A stretch of DNA of 64,000 nucleotides from the human T2T-CHM13v2.0 reference genome, Homo sapiens, in assembly GCF_009914755.1 (NCBI RefSeq), contig NC_060926.1; one strand, given 5' to 3'. The stretch's first letter is position 1. Every line of letters begins with the position of its first letter. The notes under the pieces were generated by a model, which worked only from the letters and a program-made list of their open reading frames with translations, searched no databases and was not told the origin of the DNA. This document shows positions 16,806 through 30,838 of this stretch, one piece after another. Both the position numbers and the translations under genes were made by a program.

Positions 16806-17033
16806 GATCACTGCAGCCTTGACCTCCCTGGCTCAAGGTAACCTCTCAGCTCAGCTTCCCAAGTACCTAGGACTACAGGCTTGTGTCACCAAACCTGGCT
16901 AATTCTTTTATTTTTTTTGTACAGACAGGGTCTCACCATGTTGCCCAGGCTGGTCTCAAACTCCTAGGCTTCAGCAGTCCTCCTGTCAGCCTGTCAGTGC
17001 TGGGAATTATAAGCATGAGCCCCCATACCTAGC
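16806..17033 (-). mobile_element. AluJ, partial
   Basis: tcactgcagccttgacctccctggctcaag and agggtctcaccatgttgcccaggctggtctcaaactcctagg are J-type features. Confidence 0.88.
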
Positions 17034-17237
17034 ATCTTTTAAATATTTATTCCTGTGCAATCTTTCTCCTTATTAAATTGAAGATCCTATGATTTCTAAG
17101 AATTTGTAACAAGTGCCTTAAAAATTAACTTTCCTGGAATTATTTAAAAACAAATGTTTAGTGTCATTATAACTAAGTTATACATGAAGATTTCTAACGT
17201 ACCATTAACCTGATTTTAAGTGTGTTCTTTTACATGG

Positions 17238-17555
17238 GTTTGTTTTTTTTTTTGTTGTTTGTTTGTTTTTTTGAGACGGGGTCTTGTTCTATTGCCCAGG
17301 CTGGAGTGCAGTGGCATGACTGTGGCTCCTGCAGCCTTCACCTTCTGGGCTGAAGCAAACCTCCCACCTCAGCCTCCCATGATGCTTGGCTTTTTTTTTT
17401 TTTTTTTTTTTGTGAGTGGGGACTGGGTGGGGGGCAGATTCAAAGACAGAATTTTGCCACATTGCTCAGACTGGTCTCAAACTCTGGAGCTCAAGCAATC
17501 TGCTTGGCTTCACCTCCCAAAACACTGGAATTACATGAGCCACTACACCTTGGCC
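17238..17555 (-). mobile_element. AluJ, degraded
   Basis: T tail, gagacggggtcttgttctattgcccaggctggagtgcagtggc...gagccactacaccttggcc. Confidence 0.88.
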
Positions 17556-18633
17556 TCTTTTATTAAGAATGCTTTTCACACACAGTTAGATCCATTTTCT
17601 TGGATGTATTACAGACAAACTATCATCTTTAGTATTTTAAGGTGGAAAGGTAATTTTTATGTAGTTATTATAAGAGTATGAAAAAATTGCATTATAATAT
17701 CTGTAATTACCATAGCTGAGAATTCAAAACAGTTACAGCAATCTAGACCACTTATAAGACTATCAAGAACGTGAACAACATCATTTACTCAATGTTATTT
17801 GGGAAAATTAGTATATAATATAAAGATAGTTAATATCATACTTATTATTAAACATAATATCGAATCACATAATATCTTTACAGAAGCAATACAACTTTCC
17901 CAGAACAGTGTTTATTTCATAAGATCTTGTTCTTATTTTCAAATACAAATTACTTTTACGTCTGAGCTACTTCACCTGACAAACTTATATGTAAGTGCAT
18001 TAAATAAAACAAATTTATAGTATTTCAAATAAAATTAAAATTGGATTTATGAGTTTCAACTTCCAAGTAAAACAATATTAATTGAATCATTTGTTAATCT
18101 GTATGATTACACTTGAGGATGCAAGAATACAAATAAGAACCTCTAAAGATTCATATGCACTCAATACTAATAGTAACTCACTCAAATCAAGTAATTTATC
18201 TGTAAAATAGGTTCCAGTAATGGCTTTTGTGTTTACATATTTCAAATGGATGTTGTGAAGATTCACAAACTGCAAGAGATGTAAAGGTGATTGATTTTGT
18301 CCAGCTGCAGTACCCTTTAGCCATCTCTGACATCTAATTTTTAAAGCCCTGGGAAAGGAGTTATTGTAGCTTTGATAACTTGTTTTAGGATTTAAATATC
18401 CTTTCTCTTTTGAAGACTCAGTTTAGGAAATTTTGTTTGCATCTAACATATAGAGCTTTATTTATGTATTTAATATGTGAAAAACATGCCTGATCACCTA
18501 AAAAGAGAACATCTGCTATGACCAAAGTACCGATGGTATGTATTATTATGAATATAAACAATGGATGTCTAGTTAACATCCTTTTACTGAAGGGTTTTAG
18601 ATCACGTCAGAAAATATTGTCATGTTAAAATAG

Positions 18634-18637
<4 letters not shown>

Positions 18638-18669
<32 letters not shown>
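18638..18669. repeat. (GT)n microsatellite
   Basis: Read directly, about 16 units. Confidence 0.95.
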
Positions 18670-18675
<6 letters not shown>

Positions 18676-20628
18676 CTAACTTTAGAATATATCAAGTGAT
18701 TTTTATCAGTTTAACTGCAAGTTGGCACCTGAATCCAAAAAGTATAGGTTAAGTCATAACATTTTCCTGCACTGCAACTATAAACACTTGGAATATAGAC
18801 AAAGTTGGCAAATAAAAAATATTGTGTGGACATAGCCAAAAATTATTGTCATTAGTTATAGCCTTAGAAATAAGAAATATATTAGGCATATTGAGTGTGT
18901 TGCTTTCTGACCTTTCATTACAAAAGCAAATAGATAAGAAAATAAATGAAATCACTGTTTTATAAGTAATTGACATTGCAGCATTACCTCTCATCAAACC
19001 CCATATTAATAGAAGGAACTCAGCCTGGATGATTAAAAATCAGTGCCCTTTTAGGTGTTTTAAATGCTCCTTTATTCTTCTCCATGCATTCTTCATATTT
19101 CTGAATTGCTGGATTACCCTCACACTCCCCTTGTTAAAAGCTCCAGAAATTTATTTTCTCCTTCGTCCCCCTCCCTCCACTTCCACCTAGGTTAAAATGT
19201 TTTTTTTTTTTTTTTTAATCTCTTACAGCCCTGTTCTTTGCTAGCCAAGTTGATATACTAGGTTCTTTCATGGGTGATACATGTGCATTAAACAGGATTC
19301 TTATGAAAACAATGAATCAGTCCTAGAGACTGAAATTACAAGCCCTCTGTGAAAATAATAAAAGTACTTTTGTTTGAGGGAAGGACAATTGTTGATTGAT
19401 TCTCATATCACATTTCTTGGGTGGCAATTTGCTGACTTGTAAAGTTGGCTCTCTGACTTTTTAAGTGAATAAACACATATTTAATCAATGAATCAGAAAG
19501 AAGATGCTCTTCAATTTTCAATTTTTAGAAATCCTATTGAGTCCTTAAGATATAAAACACATGTTCCAGTCATCATTTAAAATTTCTCTGTAAGGAAAGG
19601 ATTTACTCAATTTGCTGATTTAAGAAAAACTTAGGAAGCCAAAGATGAAATGTTTCACTTGTATCTTTTTTCAGAAATACAGAATAGAAGATAAGTATTT
19701 CATCTCTAAAAGCAAAGCTTTTTCCTCTTGTTCTTTGGGACTACTTTACCTGTTCTAACTGGGTGATAGCTCCTAACTGCAATTTTGAAGTTCAGGGCAG
19801 CTTGGAGAGCCTACCCAATTAGAAGCAGGGATAACTCCCTGGGAGGAGGCATGTTAAAAGACTAATGTCTGACAGGAAAAGACAAGCCAAAATCAGAGAG
19901 TTCTACACAACTCTCAGAGGAAAGGGGTCTTACTGCTAGAAAGGGACATTGAATGGGAGCAGCCAACTGGCTCATCCACTTGTCAGACAGCTGAGTCATT
20001 TGATCTTTGATTCCACAAATGTGTTAGAGATTGCCTCTGAGCCAAACTGTGCACACAGAGATATTGCTATTGGCCACTCTTAAGAGGCATTTGTTTTTTT
20101 CTTTTTAAGATACCTGTAAAAGAAAGAGGATTCTTTGTCCATCTTCTTCCTCTATAGGCTAAAATAATAAAAAGTTAGATGCAGGTCCCCAGTTAAGGCT
20201 TAAAAACCAAAGGCATGCTAATGTCAGCTGGTTAGTGGAAGAAAGGGTTTTGGTGGTGTGATGGCCAAGTGATAATCGTTAAAGGAATTATCAATATATA
20301 AATCATTATCAAAGTCCTTGAAAGTCACTATTTAGCTTTCTGAAAAAAAAAAAAAAAAAAAAAACCCACTAAGAAAACCAACATTTGATGACTAAGTATA
20401 AAAGAAACCCAAACTAGTAAACACAATGTCTCTGTCCTTTCTTGTTCTCAGATTAAGAAACAATGAGAGTAAGGATACTTTTAAATCCACAGAAAGTATT
20501 ATTTCTGGTCAAATGAGCTCATTTCTATAATTTAAAAAAGAGTAAATCAACTCCACAAAAACTGGAAAACAAGCATTTTTATTTTATAGATCTCCCTTAA
20601 GACAACATTAAATTATATGTACTGGCCT

Positions 20629-20659
<31 letters not shown>

Positions 20660-21269
20660 GTATCTTTCTGATTCAGGGAGAAGTTTGCTCTGTGACTGTT
20701 GGTCAAATGACACAGATTCACTGCAGTATATGCAGACAATGTGTAGAAAGATCTGGCATATTTATCAAAACAAAAGAAGTTGTTCATTGGTTATTTTACT
20801 TGGAAAAATAATTCTGATATTTTCCTGGATTGAGTGGATGAGGACAAAATAGAGATGAGAGAAGACACAATAAATAAGGGAGAGACCTGATTAGCATAAA
20901 AGTAGTATTATAGTGAGAGGATCAGTTAGAGCACGTATAGTTAATCGTCTTTCACTGGAAGAATCATAGTGCGAGACACGGTGATTTTTATATAAGCCAA
21001 TTTACACTTGAGAGGAAGATAGAATGTTAAACAGCTCAATTTAAAAGTCATAGGATGATACAAACATTTAAATATACCAGTCCTGAATCATTGGTAAAGT
21101 ATATGCATTTTATGTTTCAGACCCAAAGTGAATGTTGTTGATGACAAATATTCTTCAAAATTTAATTTCTTATGGCATTCGAAATGACATTAACTCTGAA
21201 AACGATTTTATGATACACTTTTAATGAAAACAAACTGTCCTTTATTGCATTCTGTAAAAGTAGCATTAA

Positions 21270-21520
21270 TAGGATAATTGCTGTTTATTGAGTACTTCCT
21301 ATGTTCCAGGCTCTGTGGTGAGCACATAATGTCCATTATCTTATTAAATCTTCACAATAACATCATGAGTTAGGTATTATAATTGCTATTATAGAGAGGA
21401 GGAAATGGAAGATTGCAGAGGTTGAATACTTTCTTCAAGGTCACAGAGTTGTAACGCTATTATTTGAATTTAGATCTCCTCTGTCTTCAAAACCTGGTTT
21501 CTTTATTACTGTACTACATT
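21270..21520 (-). mobile_element. MIR
   Basis: tttattgagtacttcctatgttccaggc...aatcttcacaataac...gaggaaatggaag...caaggtcacagag. Confidence 0.8.
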
Positions 21521-22798
21521 GTGCTGCAATCTCAGACAAAGCAATGAAGTCTAATTATGTATCTTTTTCTGTCTCAATCTGCCTTTTTTGTGTAGTAGAC
21601 TATGGAAGAATCTTGAGGAAAAGGGAAGAAAATCACTTGAGATGTCAAGATTTTGAAGCCATGCTATGCCAGTACTAAAACAGCTCTTACAGTCAGGGTG
21701 ATACCCAAATATTTAACAACAGATGAAATATACTGTACAGGTCATAGCTTTTACCAACAGCCATAAATAGGCAACTTGAGGGGAATCTTGGCCATTTGTA
21801 GGTGATCCATGAACTCTGGCTGTGGGAGAAAGGGAGAAAGGGATGGGGTCAAGAGCTGGCAAATGAGAGACATCACAGGCAGGCTGACAGGCAAATAGGT
21901 GGAGTCATCTCAGGGTAGCCTCTCGCTCTGCCCACCTGTGTCTGAGCCAGCAGGAGATTATTTGAGGGGTCCTGTGATGGTACTGGGTAGCAGCCGTTTA
22001 AAATCAGAAGTGTTTTCATATTTTATTAACCGTTATGGCTGTACCATGAACACCAGTTAAACTGCATAGAGGAACTGTATTTGTCTGTTTTCAGTAAATC
22101 CTAACTATGGGCATGATCTCACATGCTTTGCCTTGATGATAGAATACTTATTCACTTGACCCTAGGTTGTCCTTAGTGAATACAAGTAAGTTTTTCAATA
22201 GTGTGTATTGCTAAGGTAAAGCCCAATTCTTACAATAATCAGCTAACTGACCCTTACCACAAAACCCTTCCTTTAAGCATTTAATCAGTCTATCACCATG
22301 TGCTTATTTTCTCTTTGGTGGGCCATCTTCTGAGATCAAGCAGACCAGCTACATGACAGTTGCTACATCTTCCTGGTGAAGACCTGCTAGTTCTGCCACT
22401 TGGCACAGCCTCAAGGCCTGGTTAGCTTAGCAGGTTGAAGCCCAGCATGAAGGATGTCAACATCACAGGTCCAAATACCATATGGTACAAGGATCTGTCT
22501 TTCCATTTTTCAGCCTCAGATCTTACCTCCTAACATCTGCCACCCATATATCCTTTTTGTGCTAGAACTGACACTGGGCAAGTTAGTACCTTTGAAGCAA
22601 CACAAAACCCTAATAGGAAGGATGGATACCACCTGGTAATCAATTGCATATTAAAAATGACAAAGCCTTAACTGGGCTTGAGTTGAAGTTCAACTTGCCA
22701 ACACTAAACACTCAGCCAGATTATCCCTAGGAAATGCTGCAAGGAATCACTACAGGGCCTTTGAGTGAGTTCATATGACTGCCTCAGTGCGCTAAATA

Positions 22799-22843
22799 TT
22801 AGGCTGGTGTAAAAGTAATTGCTGTTTTTGCCACTGAAACTAA
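22799..22843. mobile_element. MADE1/Hsmar1 MITE remnant with an internal deletion
   Basis: TA-TTAGGCTGGTGTAAAAGTAATTGCTGTTTTTGCCA...CTAA-TA matches the Hsmar1 terminal inverted repeat (TIR) TTAGGTTGGTGCAAAAGTAATTGCGGTT. Confidence 0.8.
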
Positions 22844-23100
22844 TAGCACCTTGATTTTCTTGTTTTAAACAGAGCTGAATGTCTTCAATTTATTTGAACC
22901 ATTAAACAACTGCTAAATACACAGTATTTGGTGACTAGCGAATCAGCAAAAGGCTTCTCTTTCCTCATAGACCTCATCTACTGGCAATAGTAATTTTGCT
23001 CTACATTTTATAAAGCAATTACACCTTTCACAGCATACTAGATATGGAGGTTTATTTAGAGTAAAAGAAGAACACAGAAAACAATGAGATTCAGATTGAA

Positions 23101-23129
23101 ACACACACACACAAACACACACACACACA
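23101..23129. repeat. Interrupted (CA)n
   Basis: Read directly from the sequence. Confidence 0.9.
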
Positions 23130-24552
23130 GAGTTGTAGCATTACTAATAGCGGTAATGACACTAAACTACTAAATAGCTTCTGAATGGCCTGCAAAAATG
23201 TATCAACTAAAGATATCTGTTATTGAGATACTACAGAAGAATTCCTTACATTTATGGACAATTCTAATGATTTATATAATTGCAATACCCCTTTGGGAAA
23301 ATGTCTTGGCTCAGGAAAAAATACAAAACTGTAACAATAGAAAGATTTTTCCGGTTATCTATGTTGTAGGCTATAAAAAAGGTAGAAACATAAATGAAAC
23401 TCATATCAAGCAAATACACTAGGTAAACATTTCCCTCATCACTCTATCCTGTTTGAGGGACTCCAAAGCTGGTCAGCTTTACAATGAATTCTGCTCTACG
23501 ATAAATACTGTTGTAGCAAGATTCCAGTGAGTCTTGTCTCCTCCATCAAGATATATTTGCAAAGAAAGTCATTGATTTATTTTTGTTTCATCTGCCCTTT
23601 CTGACCACTCATACCCATGGTAATGAGCAGGAAAATGGTCAACGGGATCTGAAACAAGAAGGTTAAGAAAAAGCAAAGGTCAACAGAAATGTACAGAATG
23701 GAAAATCAGGCACTGGGCAACAGACATGACCCAGTTTCAATCTGGCCTTAAATTCATAACATGACTCTTGAAAAGGTTCTTTTCTACAGAAGTTTGAACA
23801 GGTATATGCAAATAAAAAATCCAAAAAAGTAGAACACATTTTTACTTTTAAGTTTAATGTTTATTTTATTTATTCTGTAAGAGAATGCTGAAGAAGGTAT
23901 TTGTCAATTCAATACCTTTACTACATGGAATCTGATTGAAACCTCGTTGAAGACTGACCTTTAAAGATTTGAATATGTGAGTGCATGCACACACACACAT
24001 ACACAAACAATAATTTGGTAAAATAAAAAATAATGCTCTCCTATAAGCAACAAATATATAAATATACACATATATATCTGTCACTTCTAGAAAATATACA
24101 AATTCTTCTCTGCAACATTTTTCTTGTAGCTTCACCTATGTTCTCATTATGATATTATCTAATGAAGTTGATTAATGACAGCAATGGTAGAATAGCACAG
24201 TATTTAACACAGAAAGAGTAATCCAGGGAATTTCTTTAAGGATGCTTATTTATATGTAAAACTATCATGGAAACACTGTTATATTATTTTATTACAACTA
24301 AGATACACCTCAAAGCTTCTTCAAATATGACAGCTTAAAATTATTCTAGAATAATGTCGATATTTTGATATTTTATGCTGGAGTTCATCAAGGGTTTCGT
24401 CTTCCTTGATATTATTAAACAATTTCACCATTTTGCTACTCTGATCTGATTTTCATGGATTATGTCTCTCCTGAATTTGTATGTATGTGTCATAATAAAC
24501 ATTTGGTAAATGCCACATTCAGAGCCATACTATGCACTCTAAAAAAAAAACG

Positions 24553-24695
24553 CCAAACTTTAATGTACATCTGAATCACCTAGAGGTCTTAAAGTGCTGA
24601 TTATGATTCAGTAGATATTTGTTGGAATTAAAATTCTGCATTTCTAGAGGTTCCCAGGCAATGTCGGTGCTGCTTCTACACAGACTACTCTTTAA
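24553..24695. mobile_element. MER5-like hAT-Charlie relic
   Basis: aaactttaatgtacatctgaatcacctag...tgattcagtag...ttctgcatttctag...ttcccaggcaatgtcggtgctgct. Confidence 0.7.
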
Positions 24696-25062
24696 TTAAA
24701 GTGTAACGTTCTAATGCCTCCTAAAAGTAGACTTAAAACTCAGTGCCCATTTTCTGGAAATACGTTCATTGAAATCGAGCTCCTAAACAGAGCATCTCAT
24801 TTCATTCAACCACAAATTAAACACGATGTCGCTTACAGAAGAACATGCACACTTAGTTTTCATCTTTTTATGAATATTAATATATTGGCACATCCTGGAA
24901 ATGCTGACCTGTCACAGATTCTTATGAATGAGTCTGTCTTTGGAAGAGCATATGCATTCATAGTCAGGTAAAAATCTTCTAAACACTACATAGGAATTTG
25001 CTTGTATCATCAAAGAAGAAATAAGAAAAATGTCATGGGTTATGAAGAAGAAAAGAATAGAA

Positions 25063-25144
25063 AAGAAGAACCAGATATAAAATGTGAGAAATTATGAAAA
25101 AAGAAGAAGAACCAGATATAAAATGCGAGAAATTATGAAAAAAG
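25063..25144. repeat. 41-bp tandem duplication (2 copies, 40/41 identical)
   Basis: AAGAAGAACCAGATATAAAATG(T/C)GAGAAATTATGAAAAAAG x2. Confidence 0.95.
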
Positions 25145-27349
25145 TCTGTTTTCTGTGGTTTGTTTTTAGAAACAGAATTGATAGCATGAAAGTACAAATG
25201 ATCTGATCATATGATGTCATATCTGACAGCTCGGTTCAAATTTTATCAGTCACTTCTCAATTTACTGCACATTATCATACATCAAGGATCAGCAGCCTCA
25301 GTAGCTATGAGTCAGAACTTGTGACATAAGAAAAACAAAGGCAGAAGACCAACTTCCACTTTATTTGCAATTTCTCATATATTATAAATATATTAGAAGT
25401 AGAAATATATAAATGCACACACAGACATCCCCCAATTTATTTTTCTTCTTACTTTCATTTGTTTCCTTATTTTCTCAAAATTTACTTCTGGAAAAGTGAG
25501 GTGGAGAGTTTATGTATCTGGGAAACTGGCATGAAGGACATTTCAAAATACTTTTTTTAGAGACAACTATTTTCTCTCCTCTGCTACCTGCAATTACTCA
25601 CACCTCTACCACTGCATGTACTAACCATGCTTTCTTCAATTTTTAATTATGTTGTTAACAGAGATCCTAATCTGGGTCTACTTGAAAACAAACAAAAAAC
25701 ACCTCTGGTAGCAACTTGGCGTCCTAGTTTACAGCTATAAAATAACCTAGAATAACTGAATAAGGAAGTACCGGGTTTTTTCTCTTACACCACATTTGTG
25801 TGAAGTGAGAACAGGAAGGAAGGTCCAGGATAAAGAAATCAGGCGATGATAGAAAAATAAGCAAATAAGCACTGCAGGATGTTTGCTGTTTGGCCAAACT
25901 TCTCTTTAATTTTCCCTACGATTGAAAAGCTATAAAAATGCTTAAAGAGTTGAATAGGTGTCCACTAGGCCTGAACTTTAGCGCAAATCTACTGAACAAA
26001 CTATGATGATAAATTACAAAATCCTGAAGAAAAAGTTGATAAATGCAGAGTTTTTTAAATGGGCAATGAAAAATTACATTTATTTTATCATAAAGACATT
26101 TAACCTGACTTTTAACTTTTATGAAAATAAGAGAATAAAAAAATTATATTTAGGATATAAATTAATTTTGAATCTTTTAAGACATGTTTCTAAAAGTAAA
26201 AATAACCTAACACAGTCATACGAAAAAAATGCAGAACCACTAAAACTTACGTTAGTATCTAAATATTGTGACTTTTCAAAAGTACATCTCTAAATACTTG
26301 AAATTTTTGGTTTTATAACATTAAAAACTTGAGTATCTCAGGAGCAAATGTACCTATATAACATTAGTATTTGATGCTAAGATACTATAAAGTATAGAAA
26401 ACTAATTTATGACCCTAATAAAATATAGGCATGAAATTGTTTAGTTGCTGAAAAGGACTAGTGGAGTAATACACATTTTTAAACAAAACCAAACAAACAA
26501 AAAACAGGAAGACTTTGGTGGTCTGAAATGAACTTCATCTACAACACTCTAACACCTTGTACTGTGTACAAAGTTCTACTGAGGAGTAAAAGTCCCAGAC
26601 AACATCTTTAAAATCCTTTTTTTTTTTTTTTCTTTTTTGGCTAAGGTTCTGAGCAATATAGTTCCATAGGCTACAATTCTGGACCTGTTCTCTTCAAGAC
26701 ATTTTTTTTAAATGTGAGTTTTAGGACACTGTCATTTTGAAATATAAATCCTCTTGCAAGTTTCCTACCTGGTAAAATAACTTTTCGCAATGGTACCCTT
26801 TTATAATGTTCACGATCTATTATGGCATCAGTAAAACTGCTGGAAAAATACATTTTTACCAGAAATCCAGTCCCTTAAAAAAGTATCTAAATCATCCCCA
26901 CTCCCCCAACCCCCATCCTGCAAAGGAGCTGCTTCTTGGCTAGCATTTGGAACAACTGCATAATGGCTCATATCTTTTCAGTCATTCCAGGGAAACTATG
27001 ATGGAAAGAAACTACCTCTGCACACTTCCATATTTGTGTGGTGAATCTCTGCCACAGACATTCTCTGCATGCTTTCTATCTTTGAGTAGGAAATCTATTG
27101 TATGTGTTTCTGTTGTGAATATCTCTAAAATTCAGTGAGGGCTTCTACAAAGTCATCCTTGCTTAGATAGGCAAATAACGACACCCAATCTGTTCCATCC
27201 AGGGTATCATTTCCTCAGAATAAGGTGGTCAGTACATAAATAGATTTCATTTTCAGCAATGTCTTCTCTCATGAATTAATGTCTCTACTCTGATCTGAGA
27301 AACTACAGAAGAGAATTCATTGTTAAATTCAGAAGAAAGGCCTTCCCTT

Positions 27350-27605
27350 GTTAATAATGTGGTTAACATGTATTTAATAATGCCCATATATCAGGCTGTG
27401 TTCTAAGCTTTTTTAGGCTTATTAACTAACTTAGTCTTCTGACCAATCTTAAGAGTCACACTTGTTATTTTCATTTTACAGGTGCAGAAATAGAGACGCA
27501 GAGATAACTGTCTTGTGCAATGTCACAGCGGTTATTTTGGGAAGTCAGAATCTAAACTTAGGATTTTTATCTTCAGGGTCCACACAGTTATTCACAACGA
27601 TCCAC
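27350..27605 (-). mobile_element. MIR
   Basis: cattttacaggtgcagaaatagagacgcagaga...tgcaatgtcacagc is MIR core. Confidence 0.75.
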
Positions 27606-28177
27606 TGCCCATGTAACTATATGACAGAGTAACATCGCTTCCTTCCGGTAATACCTACGCCTCTTACTTGTTCACATTGGCCCTGTCTGGTTCTTTTCGC
27701 TTTGTATCCTGTGTATGATCTCTCAAATCCTGCTTGGATATATTTGTTTTGCTTTGAGTTTTAGTTTGTTTGTTTGTTTTAACTCTTTCCACATCCTCTT
27801 TGGAAGGTTCTTTATGTTACTATAGAGAGAGACAGGACTGGGTTCTGTGCAACATGTCATAATCATCAGTTATTTAAATGAAGACTCAGATGTCACATTT
27901 TAAAAATTTCCAAGTGAATGAAGATTGAAAACATAGTTAATATATGGAATATTAAAGTATGACATTTTTAAGCTGACATGATTGGCAAATAAAAAAGAAA
28001 ATTAACAAAGAATAATGTAAAGTTTTAATTTGAAATAAAAAAATAAAATATATAGGATTTGTGTTAGTATTCGGCATCAGGTTTCCTTAATAGATGCAAA
28101 TTTGTATATCAAATCTTGAATTTGTTTATTACCAAGGAAAATGAAGTTACTTCTTTTTTTTAGAACACATTTAGAGT

Positions 28178-28736
28178 TGAAGGGGATCAGAATATTCTAC
28201 CCCCAAAGATGCCACTTTGACATAAGGATTACTTTGAGCTAAAGGCAATTAAGGAACAGCAGATATGGGAGGAACTATCTTCCTTCCCTTTTTCTGCCTA
28301 AAAGCAGAGCATACATTTTTCTTTGTGAAGGTGTTTCTGCTCTTTTCTCCTGTATTAGGAAGAGGGGGATGTCTTACTGAAGACAGTGCATCACTGGAGA
28401 GGGAGCCTATTTGAGTCTGAATAACAAATGTTAGTAAAATAACCCTTGTCTTCCATTAGCTTTCCCCATATATTTACCTTCCCACAATTTACCATCCCTG
28501 TAAGCCCAAATCCCTTTGCTTTGTCTTGTCACATCTCCACAATTTATCAGCCTTTGTTAAAATGATATGTAAGCTCTCAAACCTAGCCACTACTTTGGAC
28601 TTTCACTTCTTTTCTGTGAAGCTCCTGTGTGCATACGAAAATAAACCTTTCTCCTGTTGATCTGTGTTTTGTCACTTTAATTTGCAGGCCCCGGTTACTA
28701 AGCTAAAGAGCGCAGAACAGGTTTTTCTTACCTACA
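28178..28736 (+). mobile_element. ERV1 solo LTR, MER34-family-like
   Basis: TGAAGGGGATCAGAATATTCTACCCCCAAAGATGCCACTTTGACATAAGGATTACTTTGAGCT...CCTACA. TG...CA ends, TSD gagt/tagt, AATAAA near 28640. Confidence 0.83.
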
Positions 28737-30838
28737 TAGTACTAGGTACCATATGTTTAAAAAATCAACAAAGGTTTCTCGTTCTATAAAAGGGAAATAA
28801 AATGGATGGAGTCTGGGAATTATATGGTAAGTCAATGATTTAAAAATTCAGAAATATTTGTCTCAGGAAGATAAACTATAGAAGGAATATTATGGCAAAT
28901 TAAAGTATATGAAAGTTTCACAATGAAAGAGGGATTCGGTCAGTGGTTCCTCTTGGATTTCAAAAGAAAGCAGTTTTTTCATCCATATAGATAACACTTG
29001 CTGAGAACTAGGTGTATATAACAAGGACATAGTCTCATGAATTTACTGTTTACAGATAAATTCTAGCAAAGGGTGTCTGATCCTTTGGGATGATCTAGAG
29101 GCAACTCCTCTATTGCTTTAGAAATAAACAAGATCATTGCCACAGTTATTTCTGACAACAGGATTCTGAGTACTTCTATTTTCTTCATGTATCCTTTGAT
29201 TTTTTTCATTGTTTGCCCTTCTCTTGGTCATTTTTCCCATTTCTTTTAGATGATATACTTATGTAAAACAATTTAATCATTCACTCTAAAGCAGACCATC
29301 ATTTTCAAACAACAAAAACATATATATCTTGAAAAATCTTCTAAATATAATAGGACTTCTTGCAAAGTTGAACAATAATGATAATTCACTTTGTGCCTTT
29401 ATTTATAGAGAAGTATTCCTTTCTCACTTAAGAAACTTTCATCTTCTTTGACTTTGATGAATTATGTAAATTTCACAAATTTTATTTTATGTATACTTTA
29501 TTTTGAATTATAATACACTAATAAATTCAAGCTAGAAAATAGGTGTATGTGGTATACCTCAAGAACATAAGTATCATAAAATGGCTCCATGAGTCCCATA
29601 ATATGAGATTCTGGAGAATTAAAGTTCAAAAACATCTTCTTTTTATGAATTCCAAGTGCCTAAAAGGAGAAATCATAGTATACTACATGAAAAGAAAATA
29701 CAGCAGCCTGTAAATAGCTTCCAGTGTCCAATCAAGAAGTTGTCACTGATTCTGGCTTATACTACAGTATAATTAAGTCATTTTAGACTTTGAAGTTAAT
29801 TACAAAATAATTAGAGGAGGGAAGTTACAACATTTTGTTATTGTTGTTGAAGTTGCAGTGGTGATAACTTGGTTTTCTGCAAAGTTAGCCTTGAGATCAG
29901 TGGTAAGCTGCTCTATACAAATGAAGCTATATACTGTAATTAACAACCATATGGGATGTATTCATGATGTAGTTGTAGCAAAGATCTAAAAGAAACATGC
30001 ATTGTAGAGATTGACATAGAAAGTTACAATTTTTGGAAAAATTTGGCTGTAGCTACAGCATATTATTTGGTTGGTAGATTAAGAGAAATTGCTATAGAAC
30101 TGATGTCAGATGCTCAGGCTTGAGTCTGGCATTCTCTAACAGTATGACTGAGAAAGTGACTGAAACAACTATGGCTTTTTTTTTCCTGTCTGTCAAATGT
30201 TGAAAAGAAGGCACTGTGGAGGGAGGCACCAGCCTAACCTCATGATCTAACCTCAAAGTCTAACCCAGCTGTGAGCATAAAATGTAACAACAGATGGGAA
30301 ATACTTTTAAATATCTGAACACTCCCCCCAAACAAATATAAGATTGAGTTGTGTTTAAATCTTGTCTAGTAGTGCAACTGCCTAGCTGGGGAGTCCATTT
30401 CGAAATACTCATTAACTTTATGAAATGAAACAACAGTTTCAGGATTTTTCATTCAAATATTCTGTAAGAATCAATATCCTTCTGAAGTAATGAAATGTGG
30501 GGACAAGAGAATATTTTTAGGATTTTCCCCAAGGGGAAGACAAATAGTTTAGCTATATTTGATATAACAAGGCTGATAATCTAATATCCTGGTCACCTTG
30601 AACTAAATGGTGAAATCCATTAAGGTTGAGGAATTTGTTTGCTCATGAATATTTGTATTTAACCTTCATTTTTTTAATCAAAAGATTCCAGCATACTTGA
30701 GACCTAACAAAATTACTTGATTTAAAATAAAAGGTTACGATCTCATGGGAATAGATAGATAGTTGAAGAAACACTCAAGAAAAAAATTTAGCCTATGGGA
30801 AACTGTTTCAGTATCATTGTTTAAAAACTAGGACAGCT

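Noticed and set aside
20108-20135. Strong minus-strand acceptor cctctttcttttacag followed by GTATCT, a possible recursive site
   Set aside because: GTATCT is a poor donor and I identified no convincing partner donor. Such acceptors are common by chance.
25063-25144. CRISPR-like or other prokaryotic array
   Set aside because: Only two adjacent copies with no spacers, in clearly primate DNA.
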